Origin: an uncultured Clostridia bacterium
GTDB taxonomy: Bacteria; Bacillota; Clostridia; Monoglobales; Monoglobaceae
Assembly (NCBI GenBank): GCA_934463175.1
Contig: CAKSIW010000002.1
Location: 11,127-75,126, forward strand
Length of the DNA stretch: 64,000 nt
Direction: 5' to 3'
Position numbers and translations under genes: made by a program. The notes below the pieces were generated by a model that had not been told where the DNA came from, ran no database searches, and saw only the letters and a program-made list of their open reading frames with translations. This document shows, piece after piece, positions 45,876 through 56,162 of the stretch (positions are counted from its first letter, which is position 1; the number at the start of each line of letters is the position of its first letter).

Positions 45876-46684
45876 GATTTTTTGCTCCTGCTCTTTCTTT
45901 GAGACGGACGGAATTTTGAGGACGGCTTTTTATCCGTACCGATTTTTTTGAGCATGTTGACCTCCGACTCGGAAAGCTTTCTCCACTTTCCCGTCGGCAA
46001 ATGTCCGAGCACAAGTCCTGCCTCGCTGACTCTTTTCAGCTTTTTGACAATGCACCCAAGCTCCTCAAACATTCGGCGCACCTGACGGTTGCGTCCCTCA
46101 TGAATTGTAATCTGAATTTTTGTGCCGAGCTGTGTTGCGCCGACAACCTCAACCTCTGCCGGGCTGGTCTTATATCCGTCAATAACCACACCACGTCTGA
46201 GATTCACAATTGTGTCCATTGACACATTGCCCGTGACCTCTGCAATATATGTTTTCGACACATCATGCTTCGGGTGGGTCACACGAAAAGTCAGGTCGCC
46301 GTCATTTGTCATCAGCAAAAGTCCCTCCGTGTCATAATCCAGTCTGCCGACAGGATATATCCTTGCCGAAATATCAGACACAAGTTCCATGACCGTGGGT
46401 CTCCCCTTGTCGTCCGAAACCGTTGTGACAAATCCGACGGGCTTGTTCAGCATAATATACATTTTCTTTTCAACATGCTTGATTTTCTCGCCGTCAACCT
46501 CAACCGTGTCATAGTTTTCGTCAATCTGCACGCCCATCTCGCGCACAATCTCACCGTTGACCGCAACCCTGCCCTCACTGATTATTTTTTCCGCTCCGCG
46601 GCGCGACGCAACGCCTGCCGCCGCAAGATATTTCTGTAATCTGACCAATTTTCTGTTCTCCGTTTCTGAAATTTTTATCGGCAA
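45872..46684 (-). CDS. rluB: RluB/RsuA-family pseudouridine synthase
   Basis: S4 domain (RLQKYLAAAGVASRR), catalytic GRLDYDTEGLLL, Lys/Ser-rich tail. Confidence 0.85.
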   Translation of the reverse strand: MPIKISETENRKLVRLQKYLAAAGVASRRGAEKIISEGRVAVNGEIVREMGVQIDENYDTVEVDGEKIKHVEKKMYIMLNKPVGFVTTVSDDKGRPTVMELVSDISARIYPVGRLDYDTEGLLLMTNDGDLTFRVTHPKHDVSKTYIAEVTGNVSMDTIVNLRRGVVIDGYKTSPAEVEVVGATQLGTKIQITIHEGRNRQVRRMFEELGCIVKKLKRVSEAGLVLGHLPTGKWRKLSESEVNMLKKIGTDKKPSSKFRPSQRKSRSKKS

Positions 46685-46693
46685 GTCAGTCTC

Positions 46694-47503
46694 TCACCAT
46701 TTATAGTCTGCATTATGATACGGCGTCCCGACAAACCCGATCTGAGTGAAATCCTCCGTATTATGGCGGATTATGTAGTCAATGTATGATTCCGTCATAA
46801 GTGCCGTGAGCCTGTAGCCCGCAGCGTTCAGGTGTCCCGCAAGATAGAAATGCTTCTTGAATTTTTCATCATGCACAGGTGCATATTTTCTGAAATCCAG
46901 AACATAGCAGTTTTCAAACACAGCCGCAATTTCGTGAAGCAGCTCCGCATGTCTGTCATAAATCCCGCTGCGTTCAGGCGACTCGTCCGACTTCGGGCAT
47001 GTCATCAGAAAAAATTTTGCCTTCGGCTGAAGCATTTTGAATTTCGAGATAATTTTTGCATAATAGCCTGCAAAGGTCGGTTTGTTCTTTGCGTAATCCT
47101 CCGTGTCAATGTCGGCTGTGCTGCCAAGCTCCATTTCCCCTGCCAGAATCGCGCTCGCGTCATTCACCCCGAGAGCGATTATATACGCACGGCACTTGTA
47201 TTTGTCGGAATAAAAGCCCTTTTCCTTTGCAAGATCATTGAAGGTTTTTGCCGAAAGACCTCCGCGCGACAGATTATAGACCGTGCACCCCGCATCTCTC
47301 GCCATAAACTGACCCCATGAATATTCATAATAATCATGCCAGCCGCACTCACCGTTTTCCATTGATTCAAACTCTCCCGAGGAAAGACTGTCGCCTATGC
47401 AGCCTATGCTTCCGAGTATTCCGCAGAATCCGCCGTTTCCGACAATTGTGTCAAGCGGCTGTTCTCCGTTTTTATCCATAAACCTTTCAATATCCATTGC
47501 CAT
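46694..47503 (-). CDS. SGNH/GDSL hydrolase family protein
   Basis: Block I CIGDSLSSG, block III GVND, C-terminal DxxH-like HLNAAG. Confidence 0.75.
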   Translation of the reverse strand: MAMDIERFMDKNGEQPLDTIVGNGGFCGILGSIGCIGDSLSSGEFESMENGECGWHDYYEYSWGQFMARDAGCTVYNLSRGGLSAKTFNDLAKEKGFYSDKYKCRAYIIALGVNDASAILAGEMELGSTADIDTEDYAKNKPTFAGYYAKIISKFKMLQPKAKFFLMTCPKSDESPERSGIYDRHAELLHEIAAVFENCYVLDFRKYAPVHDEKFKKHFYLAGHLNAAGYRLTALMTESYIDYIIRHNTEDFTQIGFVGTPYHNADYKW

Positions 47504-47591
47504 TTTAAAGCTTCCTTTCTTTCTTTGATTGCGCCGATTTCCCGAGTATTATAATACAACACTTGCGCCGCATTTTCAAGCCTTTTCAAAG

Positions 47592-47619
47592 AAAAAGCCC
47601 TCCATTTCAAAGGGAAGGC
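47592..47619 (-). terminator. intrinsic terminator of the 47636..49102 gene
   Basis: Minus strand GCCUUCC-cuuugaaau-GGAGGGC followed by UUUUUCUUUG. A G.U pair makes the fold better on the minus strand. Confidence 0.6.
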
Positions 47620-47635
47620 TTTTTTACCGTTCAAA

Positions 47636-49102
47636 TTAATTGGCTCTGCTGTTCCAGAATCCGACTTCAAGCACCTTGTTCAGAAGGTCATATGACATTG
47701 ATGACAAATCATAGTCAAACACTGCCTTCACAAAGAAATCATCAACATAAACCTTGTTGTCTCTCTCAATTGCGGGATAGTTCAATGCAAGATCCATGCC
47801 GTCAACATTGACGATGTTTTCGCCGACTCTGAACTTCACCGTTTTGAAGCCGTATTTGCCCTCTGCCGCAGTCACGGTCAGCAAGCCGTTGTCATATGCA
47901 ATGTCAAACGTGTCACTGTCCGCACTTTCAAACAGATTGCGCACTCCGAAATATGCACCGTCACTGCCTGCCGCAAGATATTCGCCCTCTTCATATATTC
48001 CGATGAACGGACTTGCGCCGTCGGGAACTATCATCGTGTCATATCCGTACATCATTTCATTGAACGGAACCGAATTTTCATTTGTAAGCTCGGGGAAATC
48101 AACCTTCACATATCTGTTCACATTTTTGTAGGTTTGCTTCATGTGAAGCGTGAAATCAAGCACTCCCTCCGTGTCAAGCTCCGCACCGAACACACGTGCC
48201 GCAGCCGCAGGGTCAATGCTGAAATGAATGTCGCTCGTCACGCCTCCGACATATTTTCCTGCCAGAGTGTAGGTTATCGTGATTCCGTCCTTGCCGAAAA
48301 TCTGTATCTTGTCAAGCGTATCGCGCACGCCTGCCAGCATTCCGCGCACCGCAAGCGACGACATGACATTGCCCGGTGCTTCGGGAAGAAACAGTTTTTC
48401 CGTTTCCCCATTATCCGCCGCAATGTTCAGTGCAAGCTCCGCCACGCCGAGAATATATTTCTTTGCAGCCGCATCGTCCAGCTTGACGGTGACCGCAGCA
48501 CCCCTCGTTGTGACAGTTCCGCACTCGGTCAGCAAATCTGCCGCCTTTGCCGAAATTGCTCCGATTGCCTCCTTGTTCAGAAGCTTGTCATATACCGCCG
48601 CAACCGACGCAAAAGCCTCACCGCCGTCCGACTTTACAAGCTCTGCAATGTCAATTTTCAAATATTTATCCATGTACGGATATTTTGCAACGATGTTATA
48701 TGTTGGGTTTTCGCGGTCTCCGAAATCCAGATCAATCCACATTCCGCATTTCGCGTCAACATTCAGTGTGAGGTTTCTGTTCACCTCGGCAGGAATGCTC
48801 TGAGCACCCTCCATGCTCATTCTGATCTGCTTATAGTCATCGGAAATGCTCACCTTGACCTCCACATTGCTTTTCGCGCCAAACAGGCTTTCGGCAAGCG
48901 TTTTCAGATTCACAAACAGCGACGCCGGATATGCCTCCGCAAGTCCGTCAAGAAAATCAATCGGCTTGTTGAGCGTGAACGAAAGCTCCGCCGTGCCCTC
49001 ATAGCTTTTATATTCCTCCTTGAGAAAATCAAGTCCCGCAGCACTGACGCTCATTGTGAACATCATAACCGCCACAGCAATAAAGCTGATTAGTCTTTTC
49101 AT
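47636..49102 (-). CDS. secreted protein with C-terminal copper-amine-oxidase-N-like (stalk) domain
   Basis: Signal peptide MKRLISFIAVAVMMFTMSVSAAG at ATG 49102. The C-terminus ...VNVDGMDLALNYPAIERDNKVYV resembles the CAO N-terminal-like domain. Confidence 0.7.
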   Translation of the reverse strand: MKRLISFIAVAVMMFTMSVSAAGLDFLKEEYKSYEGTAELSFTLNKPIDFLDGLAEAYPASLFVNLKTLAESLFGAKSNVEVKVSISDDYKQIRMSMEGAQSIPAEVNRNLTLNVDAKCGMWIDLDFGDRENPTYNIVAKYPYMDKYLKIDIAELVKSDGGEAFASVAAVYDKLLNKEAIGAISAKAADLLTECGTVTTRGAAVTVKLDDAAAKKYILGVAELALNIAADNGETEKLFLPEAPGNVMSSLAVRGMLAGVRDTLDKIQIFGKDGITITYTLAGKYVGGVTSDIHFSIDPAAAARVFGAELDTEGVLDFTLHMKQTYKNVNRYVKVDFPELTNENSVPFNEMMYGYDTMIVPDGASPFIGIYEEGEYLAAGSDGAYFGVRNLFESADSDTFDIAYDNGLLTVTAAEGKYGFKTVKFRVGENIVNVDGMDLALNYPAIERDNKVYVDDFFVKAVFDYDLSSMSYDLLNKVLEVGFWNSRAN

Positions 49103-49170
49103 AGTCCGTAAACACTCCTTTGCTTTTTCTTCAATATAACACATTTGTGCGGAATTTTCAAGCACAATTC

Positions 49171-50298
49171 TCACATATTCTTATACTTATTGAGAATTTT
49201 GTTTATTCTGTTTATCGGATTCAGAAGGTCGCTGATTGAATGCTCCGCATTAAGCTCACTGATGAGAAGTGCAATATATTTGCTCATATCAACCTGGTGA
49301 TACCACGGCTTGGTCAGAAGCTCAGGCTTTGCATATATGAGGTTTGTTGTGAACACACCCTCAATCAAGCCTTCTTCATATGCCTTGTCAAAACGCTCAA
49401 AGCCCTCTGTGAAAAGTCCGAATGTTGAGAACACAAACACTCTCGACGCATTTCTCTTTTTCAGCTCGCGCGACACATCAATCATCGAATCGCCCGACGA
49501 AATCATATCGTCAACAACAATAACATTTCTGCCGTCAAGGTTTGAGCCGAGGAACTCATGCGCAATAATCGGGTTCTTTCCGTTCACAACCTGCGAATAG
49601 TCACGGCGTTTATAGAACATTCCCAGCTCCATTTCAAGAACCGAGGAATAATACATACATCTTGACATTGCGCCCTCATCGGGAGACACAATCATCGTGT
49701 TTTCCTTGTTCAGGATTATGTCCTTGTCATACTTCAGACACGCTTTTATCATCTGATATGTAGGCTGAACGTTTTCAAAGCCCTTGAACGGAATTGCGTT
49801 CTGAACTCTCGGGTCGTGTGCATCAAAGGTGATTATGTTGTCAACTCCTATGCTCGTCAGCTCCTGAAGTGCCATTGCACAGTCGAGAGATTCCCTTGAC
49901 TGGCGTTTGTGCTGTCTGCCCTCATAGAGCATGGGCATGATGACGGTGATTCTCTTTGCCTTTCCGCCGATTGCCGAAATGACACGCTTCAGATCCTGAT
50001 AGTGGTCATCGGGACTCATGGGAATTTCCTGTCCGTACAGCTTGTATTTTTCGCCGTAGTTGAAGCAGTCCACAACGATATATACATCATATGTTCTCGC
50101 AGAATGCATTAATGTCGCTTTCGCCTCACCCGTGCCGAATCTCGAAACCTTTATCGGAAGCAGAAAGGTTTCAATATCGTCCATATCGTCGTTAAACATT
50201 TTGAGGTGTGCGTCAACCTTTGAGCAAAAGCCGTCACACCCTGACATTCCGATTACGCCGAGTCTTCCCAGATTGTACGATTCGATTGTTGATTTCAT
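49171..50298 (-). CDS. divergent long ribose-phosphate diphosphokinase (Prs) family protein
   Basis: PRPP-binding loop VIVVDDMISSGDS and a degenerate YEGRQHKR in place of the canonical YARQDRK. 375 aa versus about 315 for housekeeping Prs. Confidence 0.75.
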   Translation of the reverse strand: MKSTIESYNLGRLGVIGMSGCDGFCSKVDAHLKMFNDDMDDIETFLLPIKVSRFGTGEAKATLMHSARTYDVYIVVDCFNYGEKYKLYGQEIPMSPDDHYQDLKRVISAIGGKAKRITVIMPMLYEGRQHKRQSRESLDCAMALQELTSIGVDNIITFDAHDPRVQNAIPFKGFENVQPTYQMIKACLKYDKDIILNKENTMIVSPDEGAMSRCMYYSSVLEMELGMFYKRRDYSQVVNGKNPIIAHEFLGSNLDGRNVIVVDDMISSGDSMIDVSRELKKRNASRVFVFSTFGLFTEGFERFDKAYEEGLIEGVFTTNLIYAKPELLTKPWYHQVDMSKYIALLISELNAEHSISDLLNPINRINKILNKYKNM

Positions 50299-50349
50299 AA
50301 ATTCTCTCCTTTGATTGCATTATATCTTAAACTTAATTATTAACTTTCG

Positions 50350-51780
50350 TTAACCGCGGTGTTCGGACAGAAGCCTGTATTTTATATCCCAGAGCGGCTG
50401 CGACAAATCCACATAATATTCATGCGGATTCTCAAAACGCTTAACCTCGTCCCAGATTTTGTCAAGCTGCTCCATGCAGTTGTTCCTTATTTCTTCAAGC
50501 GAGGGCGAGTCATAGACGCATTTTCCGTTTGCAAAAATCTGTCTGCGCAGCTCAACCGCCGTGAAGTCCGAAACGGTCTTTCTTTTCCAGACATGCTCGG
50601 GGTCAAACAGCTCATACGGCTTCGATGAATCTATTTTTTCATCTGCAAGGGTGATCACATCGGCAATTGCCTTACCCGTGTCGTTTGCAAACAAACGGTA
50701 CAGGTTTTTGAAGCACGGATTCGTTATCTTGGAAACATTCTCGCTGACCTTGATTTTCGGAATGATTTCACCGTTTTCTTCAATTGCCGCAAGCTTATAC
50801 ACTCCGCCGAAAACAGGCTCTGATTTCGACGTGATGAGCCTTTCGCCGACACCGAACGAGTCAATGCACGCACCCTGCTTCAATATGTCCTGTATTATAT
50901 ATTCGTCAAGGGAATTTGAAACAACGATTTTGACGTCCTCATAGCCCGCCGCGTCCAGCATTTCACGGGTTTTTCTCGTCAGATATGTTATGTCTCCGCT
51001 GTCGATTCTGACACCCTTCGGGCGGATTCCCATTGGACGGAGAACCTCGTCAAAGACGCGGATTGCATTCGGAACTCCCGATTTCAGCACATTGAAGGTG
51101 TCAATCAAGAGCGTGCAGTCATTCGGGTATGCAAGTGCGTACGCGCGGAACGCATCATACTCCGAATCAAATGACTGAACCCAGCTGTGCGCCATTGTCC
51201 CGAGTGCCGGCACGGCAAACATTTTGTCCGAAACGGTGCATGCCGTTCCGACAGCACCGCCGATATATGCCGCCCTTGCGCCGTATATCGCGCCGTCACC
51301 GCCCTGGGCGCGCCTTGACCCAAACTCCATGACGGGTCTGCCCTCGGCAGCACGCACAATTCTGTTGCACTTTGTTGCAATCAGGCTTTGGTGGTTTATT
51401 GTGAGCAATATCATGGTTTCGACAAACTGCGCCTGAATCAGCGGTCCGCGAACCGTCACAATGGGTTCATTCGGGAAAATCGGCGTTCCCTCCGGAACTG
51501 CCCAGACATCGCATTTGAATTCAAAATCGGAAAGATAGTTCAAAAACTTTTCACTGAAAATCCCCTTGCTTCTGAGAAACTCAATGTCCTCCTTCTCAAA
51601 TCTGAGATTTTCCAGATATTCAATAACCTGTTCAACGCCAGCCATTATGGCAAAGCCTGCATTGTCCGGAACCTTTCTGAAAAACATGTCAAAATATGCC
51701 GTTTTGTCCTGCATACCGTTTTCAAAATATCCGTTCGCCATGGTTATTTCATAAAAATCGGTTAATAGCGTATAATTCAT
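50350..51780 (-). CDS. pncB: nicotinate phosphoribosyltransferase
   Basis: N-terminal LLTDFYEITMANGYF and central EFGSRRAQG...GTMAHSWVQ, typical of Firmicutes-type NAPRT. Confidence 0.9.
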   Translation of the reverse strand: MNYTLLTDFYEITMANGYFENGMQDKTAYFDMFFRKVPDNAGFAIMAGVEQVIEYLENLRFEKEDIEFLRSKGIFSEKFLNYLSDFEFKCDVWAVPEGTPIFPNEPIVTVRGPLIQAQFVETMILLTINHQSLIATKCNRIVRAAEGRPVMEFGSRRAQGGDGAIYGARAAYIGGAVGTACTVSDKMFAVPALGTMAHSWVQSFDSEYDAFRAYALAYPNDCTLLIDTFNVLKSGVPNAIRVFDEVLRPMGIRPKGVRIDSGDITYLTRKTREMLDAAGYEDVKIVVSNSLDEYIIQDILKQGACIDSFGVGERLITSKSEPVFGGVYKLAAIEENGEIIPKIKVSENVSKITNPCFKNLYRLFANDTGKAIADVITLADEKIDSSKPYELFDPEHVWKRKTVSDFTAVELRRQIFANGKCVYDSPSLEEIRNNCMEQLDKIWDEVKRFENPHEYYVDLSQPLWDIKYRLLSEHRG

Positions 51781-51941
51781 TCCGAAAATCCTCTCCGAGC
51801 ATTAAGTCAATTATAAAATTACATTTTAATTATAACACTCATGAATCAAAAACACAAGTATTTTGACCCGATTTTATCTTTTTCTACGTTTTACACAAAT
51901 TATTCCCCGATTTGTCAATTTTTATACATACACGGCAAAAT

Positions 51942-51972
51942 AACGGGGACGGTTTAAAAAACCGTCCCCGTT
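51942..51972 (-). terminator. bidirectional hairpin terminator downstream of the GH2 gene
   Basis: aacggggacggt-ttaaaaa-accgtccccgtt, with T-runs on both sides. Confidence 0.7.
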
Positions 51973-51976
51973 ATTT

Positions 51977-54262
51977 TTAAAACCCCTCAAATTGGTCAAA
52001 GCCGCATTTTTCAATTGCGGACAAATATTTTCTATAATCCGTGTTTTTGAGCTTTGTGCAGTAATGATTCTTAAAGCTTCTGCCCTCAGCAGTCCACTCA
52101 ATGAGCAAAAATCTCTCTCTGCCGTCCTCCGCGTCAAGCGACAGCACCTCCTCAGAGCTGTCGGCATGTGCCGCAAATTCAAGTGCCGCAAGCGCCTCTC
52201 CCGAATAAATATCCCTCACGGTGCACCTGATTTTTACATCGCGTCTCAGGTCATTGACGGCATACATCGTGAGCCTGCCGCCGTGCGGCTCGTCAAACAT
52301 GAGACACACGGGCGTCTGCGAACGCTTTATATAATGATACGCAAGCTTTCTGACAAAATAGTAATCCACAACCGCGTCCGAAACCTGGGGCCAGCCGTCA
52401 AGCAGATTCCACCATATTATTCCCGTGCAGTCCCATTTTTTCAGTCTGAACTTTTCAATGAAATATTTCTTTGCCTCCGCCTGTGAAATCTGGCTCTGAC
52501 GCACAAGGTCCGAAAAATTATCCTCCGCCGCTCCGAACATTGTCACAATCTGGCTGTATGTCAGACCGATTCTGTATACATACGGCGCATTCATATCAAG
52601 CTCGGGCGAGGCTGCATGAACCTTATATTCCGCAGTCGGCTCACCGTTTTCATCAAAAATTCTTTCGGGATTTTCAAGAAAACGCGAAAGAGATTCCGGC
52701 GACGGCATTCCCTGATACCCCGTCTCGGACGCGAAACGGCTTTTTGCGCCCGTATAGAACTCACCCTTGAAATAATCGCGCGGTCCCCACAGATGGTCTT
52801 CCGGTAGCGGCAGACCGCTTTCAAACGCTCTCTCGCTCACAAAAGGCGAGCTTGGGAGGTATGGGCGCGAATAGTCATACAGCTCAACCAGCTCCCCGAG
52901 AAGTCTGCGCGTCAGAACATTTTTGTTCGGGTCGCGGAAATATCCCGACCAGTCGCGGTATGCAAGGTCACATTCATTGTCGCCTGCCCACAAAACCAGT
53001 GAAGCATGATTCCGAAGCCGCTTAATCTGATACACCGCCTCTTCCTCCAGCCTGCTTAAAAATTCACCGCGCTGAGGATATACGGCGCACCCCATGGCAA
53101 AGTCCTGCCACACCATGATTCCGTGTTCATCGCAGAAATCAAAAAATTCATTGCTTTCATATACATTTCCTCCCCAGCAGCGGACAATGCTGCACCCCAA
53201 CTCGTCAAGCATTTCAAGTGCCCTCCCGAGACGCTTTTTATCCTGCGAATGAAATGCGTCGAGCGGAACCCAGTTTGAACCCATGCAGAACACGCGCCGA
53301 CCGTTTATGCGGAACGTAAACCTTCCGATTTTTTCCTCGCTCTCACTGTCGGTATATTCAAGCTCAACCGTGCGGATTCCGACCTTCAATTCACGCACAT
53401 CAACGACCTCTCCGCGGCAAAGAAGCTCCACACGCGTTTCATAGAGATTCTGCTCACCGCAGTTTCTCGGCTGCCAGAGTCTTGCGTCCCTGACCTCAAG
53501 GTTAAACTGATAGCCGTAGTTCCAAAGGGTCTCGCACGCCTCAAAGCGGCTGTCTCCGCAAACGCCGTGTATTCTGACGGAATAGTCCCTGATGAAATCA
53601 CCGCCGGTCTCAGCGTTGATGCAGAATCTCAGCTCCGCGGTCTTACTCTCACCGTCAAGCCGATTTGTTATGAAATGTATGTCCTTGATTTTATCGCTTT
53701 TTTCGTGTTCGAGCGTGACCTCCTTCCAAATGCCTGCCGACACAATTCTCGGCATGATGTCCCACCCGAACATATGTGCCGCTTTTCTGATATTCAACGC
53801 TGAAAAGTTATACTTAAACGCAAAGCAGCCTGACGGAACATCATATTTTCCTGCTTCGATACACACGGGCAGAATATGCACAACAACCTCGTTTCTGCCC
53901 TGTCTGATACCGCTTTTCGCCTCATACGGAATGAACATATTGTCAGTCCTTGCGGCGAATGTGCCGTTTATGAATATTTCCGACACGGTGTCGATTCCTT
54001 CAAACCTCAGAAAATCGCCGTCCTCCGCGTCAAACTCGGCAAAATACCACAGGTGCAGATTTTCCAGCTTCTGCGCCTCCAGCGTGTTCTCCGAGAAAAA
54101 CAGGTCGGGGCACTTGCCCGCACGCATGAGGTCAAGCTCAAAGTTTCCCGGAACCTCTGCATCAATAATTTCAAAACCCGATTTTTTAATATCCTCTATT
54201 TTTGCAATTGTCATGCCTTGGCACAAAAAGTTAGGCGCATATGCCATTTTCCATTTAAACAT
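51977..54262 (-). CDS. glycoside hydrolase family 2 protein (beta-mannosidase-like)
   Basis: N-terminal sugar-binding domain (AEVPGNFELDLMRAG), catalytic region WQDF...NECD, 761 aa. RBS GGAGG. Confidence 0.8.
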   Translation of the reverse strand: MFKWKMAYAPNFLCQGMTIAKIEDIKKSGFEIIDAEVPGNFELDLMRAGKCPDLFFSENTLEAQKLENLHLWYFAEFDAEDGDFLRFEGIDTVSEIFINGTFAARTDNMFIPYEAKSGIRQGRNEVVVHILPVCIEAGKYDVPSGCFAFKYNFSALNIRKAAHMFGWDIMPRIVSAGIWKEVTLEHEKSDKIKDIHFITNRLDGESKTAELRFCINAETGGDFIRDYSVRIHGVCGDSRFEACETLWNYGYQFNLEVRDARLWQPRNCGEQNLYETRVELLCRGEVVDVRELKVGIRTVELEYTDSESEEKIGRFTFRINGRRVFCMGSNWVPLDAFHSQDKKRLGRALEMLDELGCSIVRCWGGNVYESNEFFDFCDEHGIMVWQDFAMGCAVYPQRGEFLSRLEEEAVYQIKRLRNHASLVLWAGDNECDLAYRDWSGYFRDPNKNVLTRRLLGELVELYDYSRPYLPSSPFVSERAFESGLPLPEDHLWGPRDYFKGEFYTGAKSRFASETGYQGMPSPESLSRFLENPERIFDENGEPTAEYKVHAASPELDMNAPYVYRIGLTYSQIVTMFGAAEDNFSDLVRQSQISQAEAKKYFIEKFRLKKWDCTGIIWWNLLDGWPQVSDAVVDYYFVRKLAYHYIKRSQTPVCLMFDEPHGGRLTMYAVNDLRRDVKIRCTVRDIYSGEALAALEFAAHADSSEEVLSLDAEDGRERFLLIEWTAEGRSFKNHYCTKLKNTDYRKYLSAIEKCGFDQFEGF

Positions 54263-54381
54263 TTTATTTACCTCCGTTCAAATTCCCTGTATTTTTATTA
54301 TAACCGAACATCTTTTCCTTGTAAATTTCAAATATCCATGATATAATTAAGAAAATCAACACTGAAACGGAGGCGGAAATA

Positions 54382-55206
54382 ATGGATTTTAAAATGCTTG
54401 AGGACGCGGATTTTCTGAAGAACTCCCACGGAATAGCCGTCAGGGAGCGCATATTTGACGAAGGATATTTTTCTCCTCCGCACTGGCACGGCTGTTTTGA
54501 GCTTGAAATTATTCTCTCAGGTCTTGCAGAGCACACATACAACGGGATCGGATTCCGAGTTGAGCGCGGTTGTGCATATCTCCTCTCAGGCTGTGATTTT
54601 CACGCCTTCCGCGCACAGGAATCAACCCGAATCATTAACATATGCTTTGACGGTGCGCTGCTCGGCGAACAGCTCGCCTCGGTTCTGTCCGTCAACCCGC
54701 GCCATGCCGTCTGCCGTTTTGATGAGGCGGCAACAGCTCTTGCCGAACAAAAAGCAGAGACGCTTAAGCTTGAGCTGACCCGCGAACAGCCGTTTTCGGA
54801 TATAATGCTTCAAAATACAATTTCACAGCTTGTGATCATGCTTCTCAGGCACTCCGACATATCGTGCGAGACCGCCGCTCCGCCGCTTATTCTCCATGCA
54901 ACAGCTCTCATAAATCAGTGCTTCCGCGGTGAGCTTTCGCTCGGAAGTCTTGCCGATCGGCTTTCGGTTTCCCCGAACTATCTCGGTCAGCTTTTCAAAA
55001 AATCAACAGGCATAACATACAACGAATATGTCAGCCGTCTGCGGCTCAGATATGCATGCCGTCTGCTGACCTCAACCGACCTTTCCGTGAAGGAAATTGC
55101 GTTCGCCTCGGGCTTTTCGTCTGCGGAATATTTCAGCGACGCATTCCGCCGCTGTCTTGCTCTCACTCCCCTGTCATACCGAAAAATGAAGAAAAACATT
55201 GTTTAA
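54382..55206 (+). CDS. AraC-family transcriptional regulator (cupin + HTH)
   Basis: N-terminal cupin (PPHWHGCFELEII) and a C-terminal AraC HTH pair (IAFASGFSSAEYFSDAFRR). Confidence 0.85.
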   Translation: MDFKMLEDADFLKNSHGIAVRERIFDEGYFSPPHWHGCFELEIILSGLAEHTYNGIGFRVERGCAYLLSGCDFHAFRAQESTRIINICFDGALLGEQLASVLSVNPRHAVCRFDEAATALAEQKAETLKLELTREQPFSDIMLQNTISQLVIMLLRHSDISCETAAPPLILHATALINQCFRGELSLGSLADRLSVSPNYLGQLFKKSTGITYNEYVSRLRLRYACRLLTSTDLSVKEIAFASGFSSAEYFSDAFRRCLALTPLSYRKMKKNIV

Positions 55207-56018
55207 GCTCCATGTGTCCTCGCATATTCACGGGGCGGCACGCCGAACCGTCTCTTGAATGCCTTCAGGAAGTTTGACAGTGACGAAAAGCCGCATTCAA
55301 AGCACAAATCCGTGCTTGTTATTCTGTTGTTTTCAAGCAAACGCACGGCATAGTCAAGCTTCAGCTCCGTCAGATATTCCGTGTATGTGCAGCCGACATT
55401 CAAGCGGAACATTTCGGAAAAATATGTCGGACAAAAGCCTGCAATGCGCGCCGCCGTCTCCAGTGACGGATTTTCACGAAAATGAAGATGAAGAAACAGC
55501 AGTGCTTTTTTAATCGGCTTGCCATTCACGGTCTCGGTCGTTTTCTCGGGTCTGAATTCGCGCATCAGAATGATGAGAAGCGATTCCATGAGATTGCGCA
55601 TATATTTTTCCCTGAACTCTGCACTTCCGTCATATTCCTCAAGCAGCATTTCCGCCGTCAGCTCCGCCCGCTCAAATGCCCTCCCCGACAGGTTCATGAT
55701 GATGTCGCGTCCTTGATTCAGAAGCATGGTTATGAATTCATCGGACAATATGCCCTCGTCAAACATGATGTTCACCAGCGTGAGCGGCTCATCGGCATAC
55801 AGCGCGTGAAAATCCGTCGGGTTGAGAATATATGCCGTACCTGCGCTAAGAGGATATTTCGTTCCGTTCAGATTTTGTCTCCCCCTGCCTCCGAGAATTA
55901 TGTCAATCTCAAAAAAACCGTGCCAATGCATCGGGAACTCCTTTTCAATGCGTTTTTTTGACATTGAGACATTCCTGCTTATATGATTTTTTGCGTCAAG
56001 ATACATAATCGTTTCCAT
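55203..56018 (-). CDS. AraC-family transcriptional regulator (cupin + HTH)
   Basis: FPMHWHGFFEIDIIL cupin and a C-terminal HTH (CFECGFSSLSNFLKAFKRRFG). Its 3' end overlaps the convergent AraC gene by 4 nt. Confidence 0.85.
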   Translation of the reverse strand: METIMYLDAKNHISRNVSMSKKRIEKEFPMHWHGFFEIDIILGGRGRQNLNGTKYPLSAGTAYILNPTDFHALYADEPLTLVNIMFDEGILSDEFITMLLNQGRDIIMNLSGRAFERAELTAEMLLEEYDGSAEFREKYMRNLMESLLIILMREFRPEKTTETVNGKPIKKALLFLHLHFRENPSLETAARIAGFCPTYFSEMFRLNVGCTYTEYLTELKLDYAVRLLENNRITSTDLCFECGFSSLSNFLKAFKRRFGVPPREYARTHGA

Positions 56019-56162
56019 TTTTAATCACCTATGTTAAATATATAACACTTTTTTCATATTGTCAATTAAAAATCCTAAAATTTGATAATATCGGTTTATT
56101 ATTTGAGTATCAAAAGAACAGCAGAAATGATATCATTAAGAAAAAAGCAAGGAGGAAAAGCA

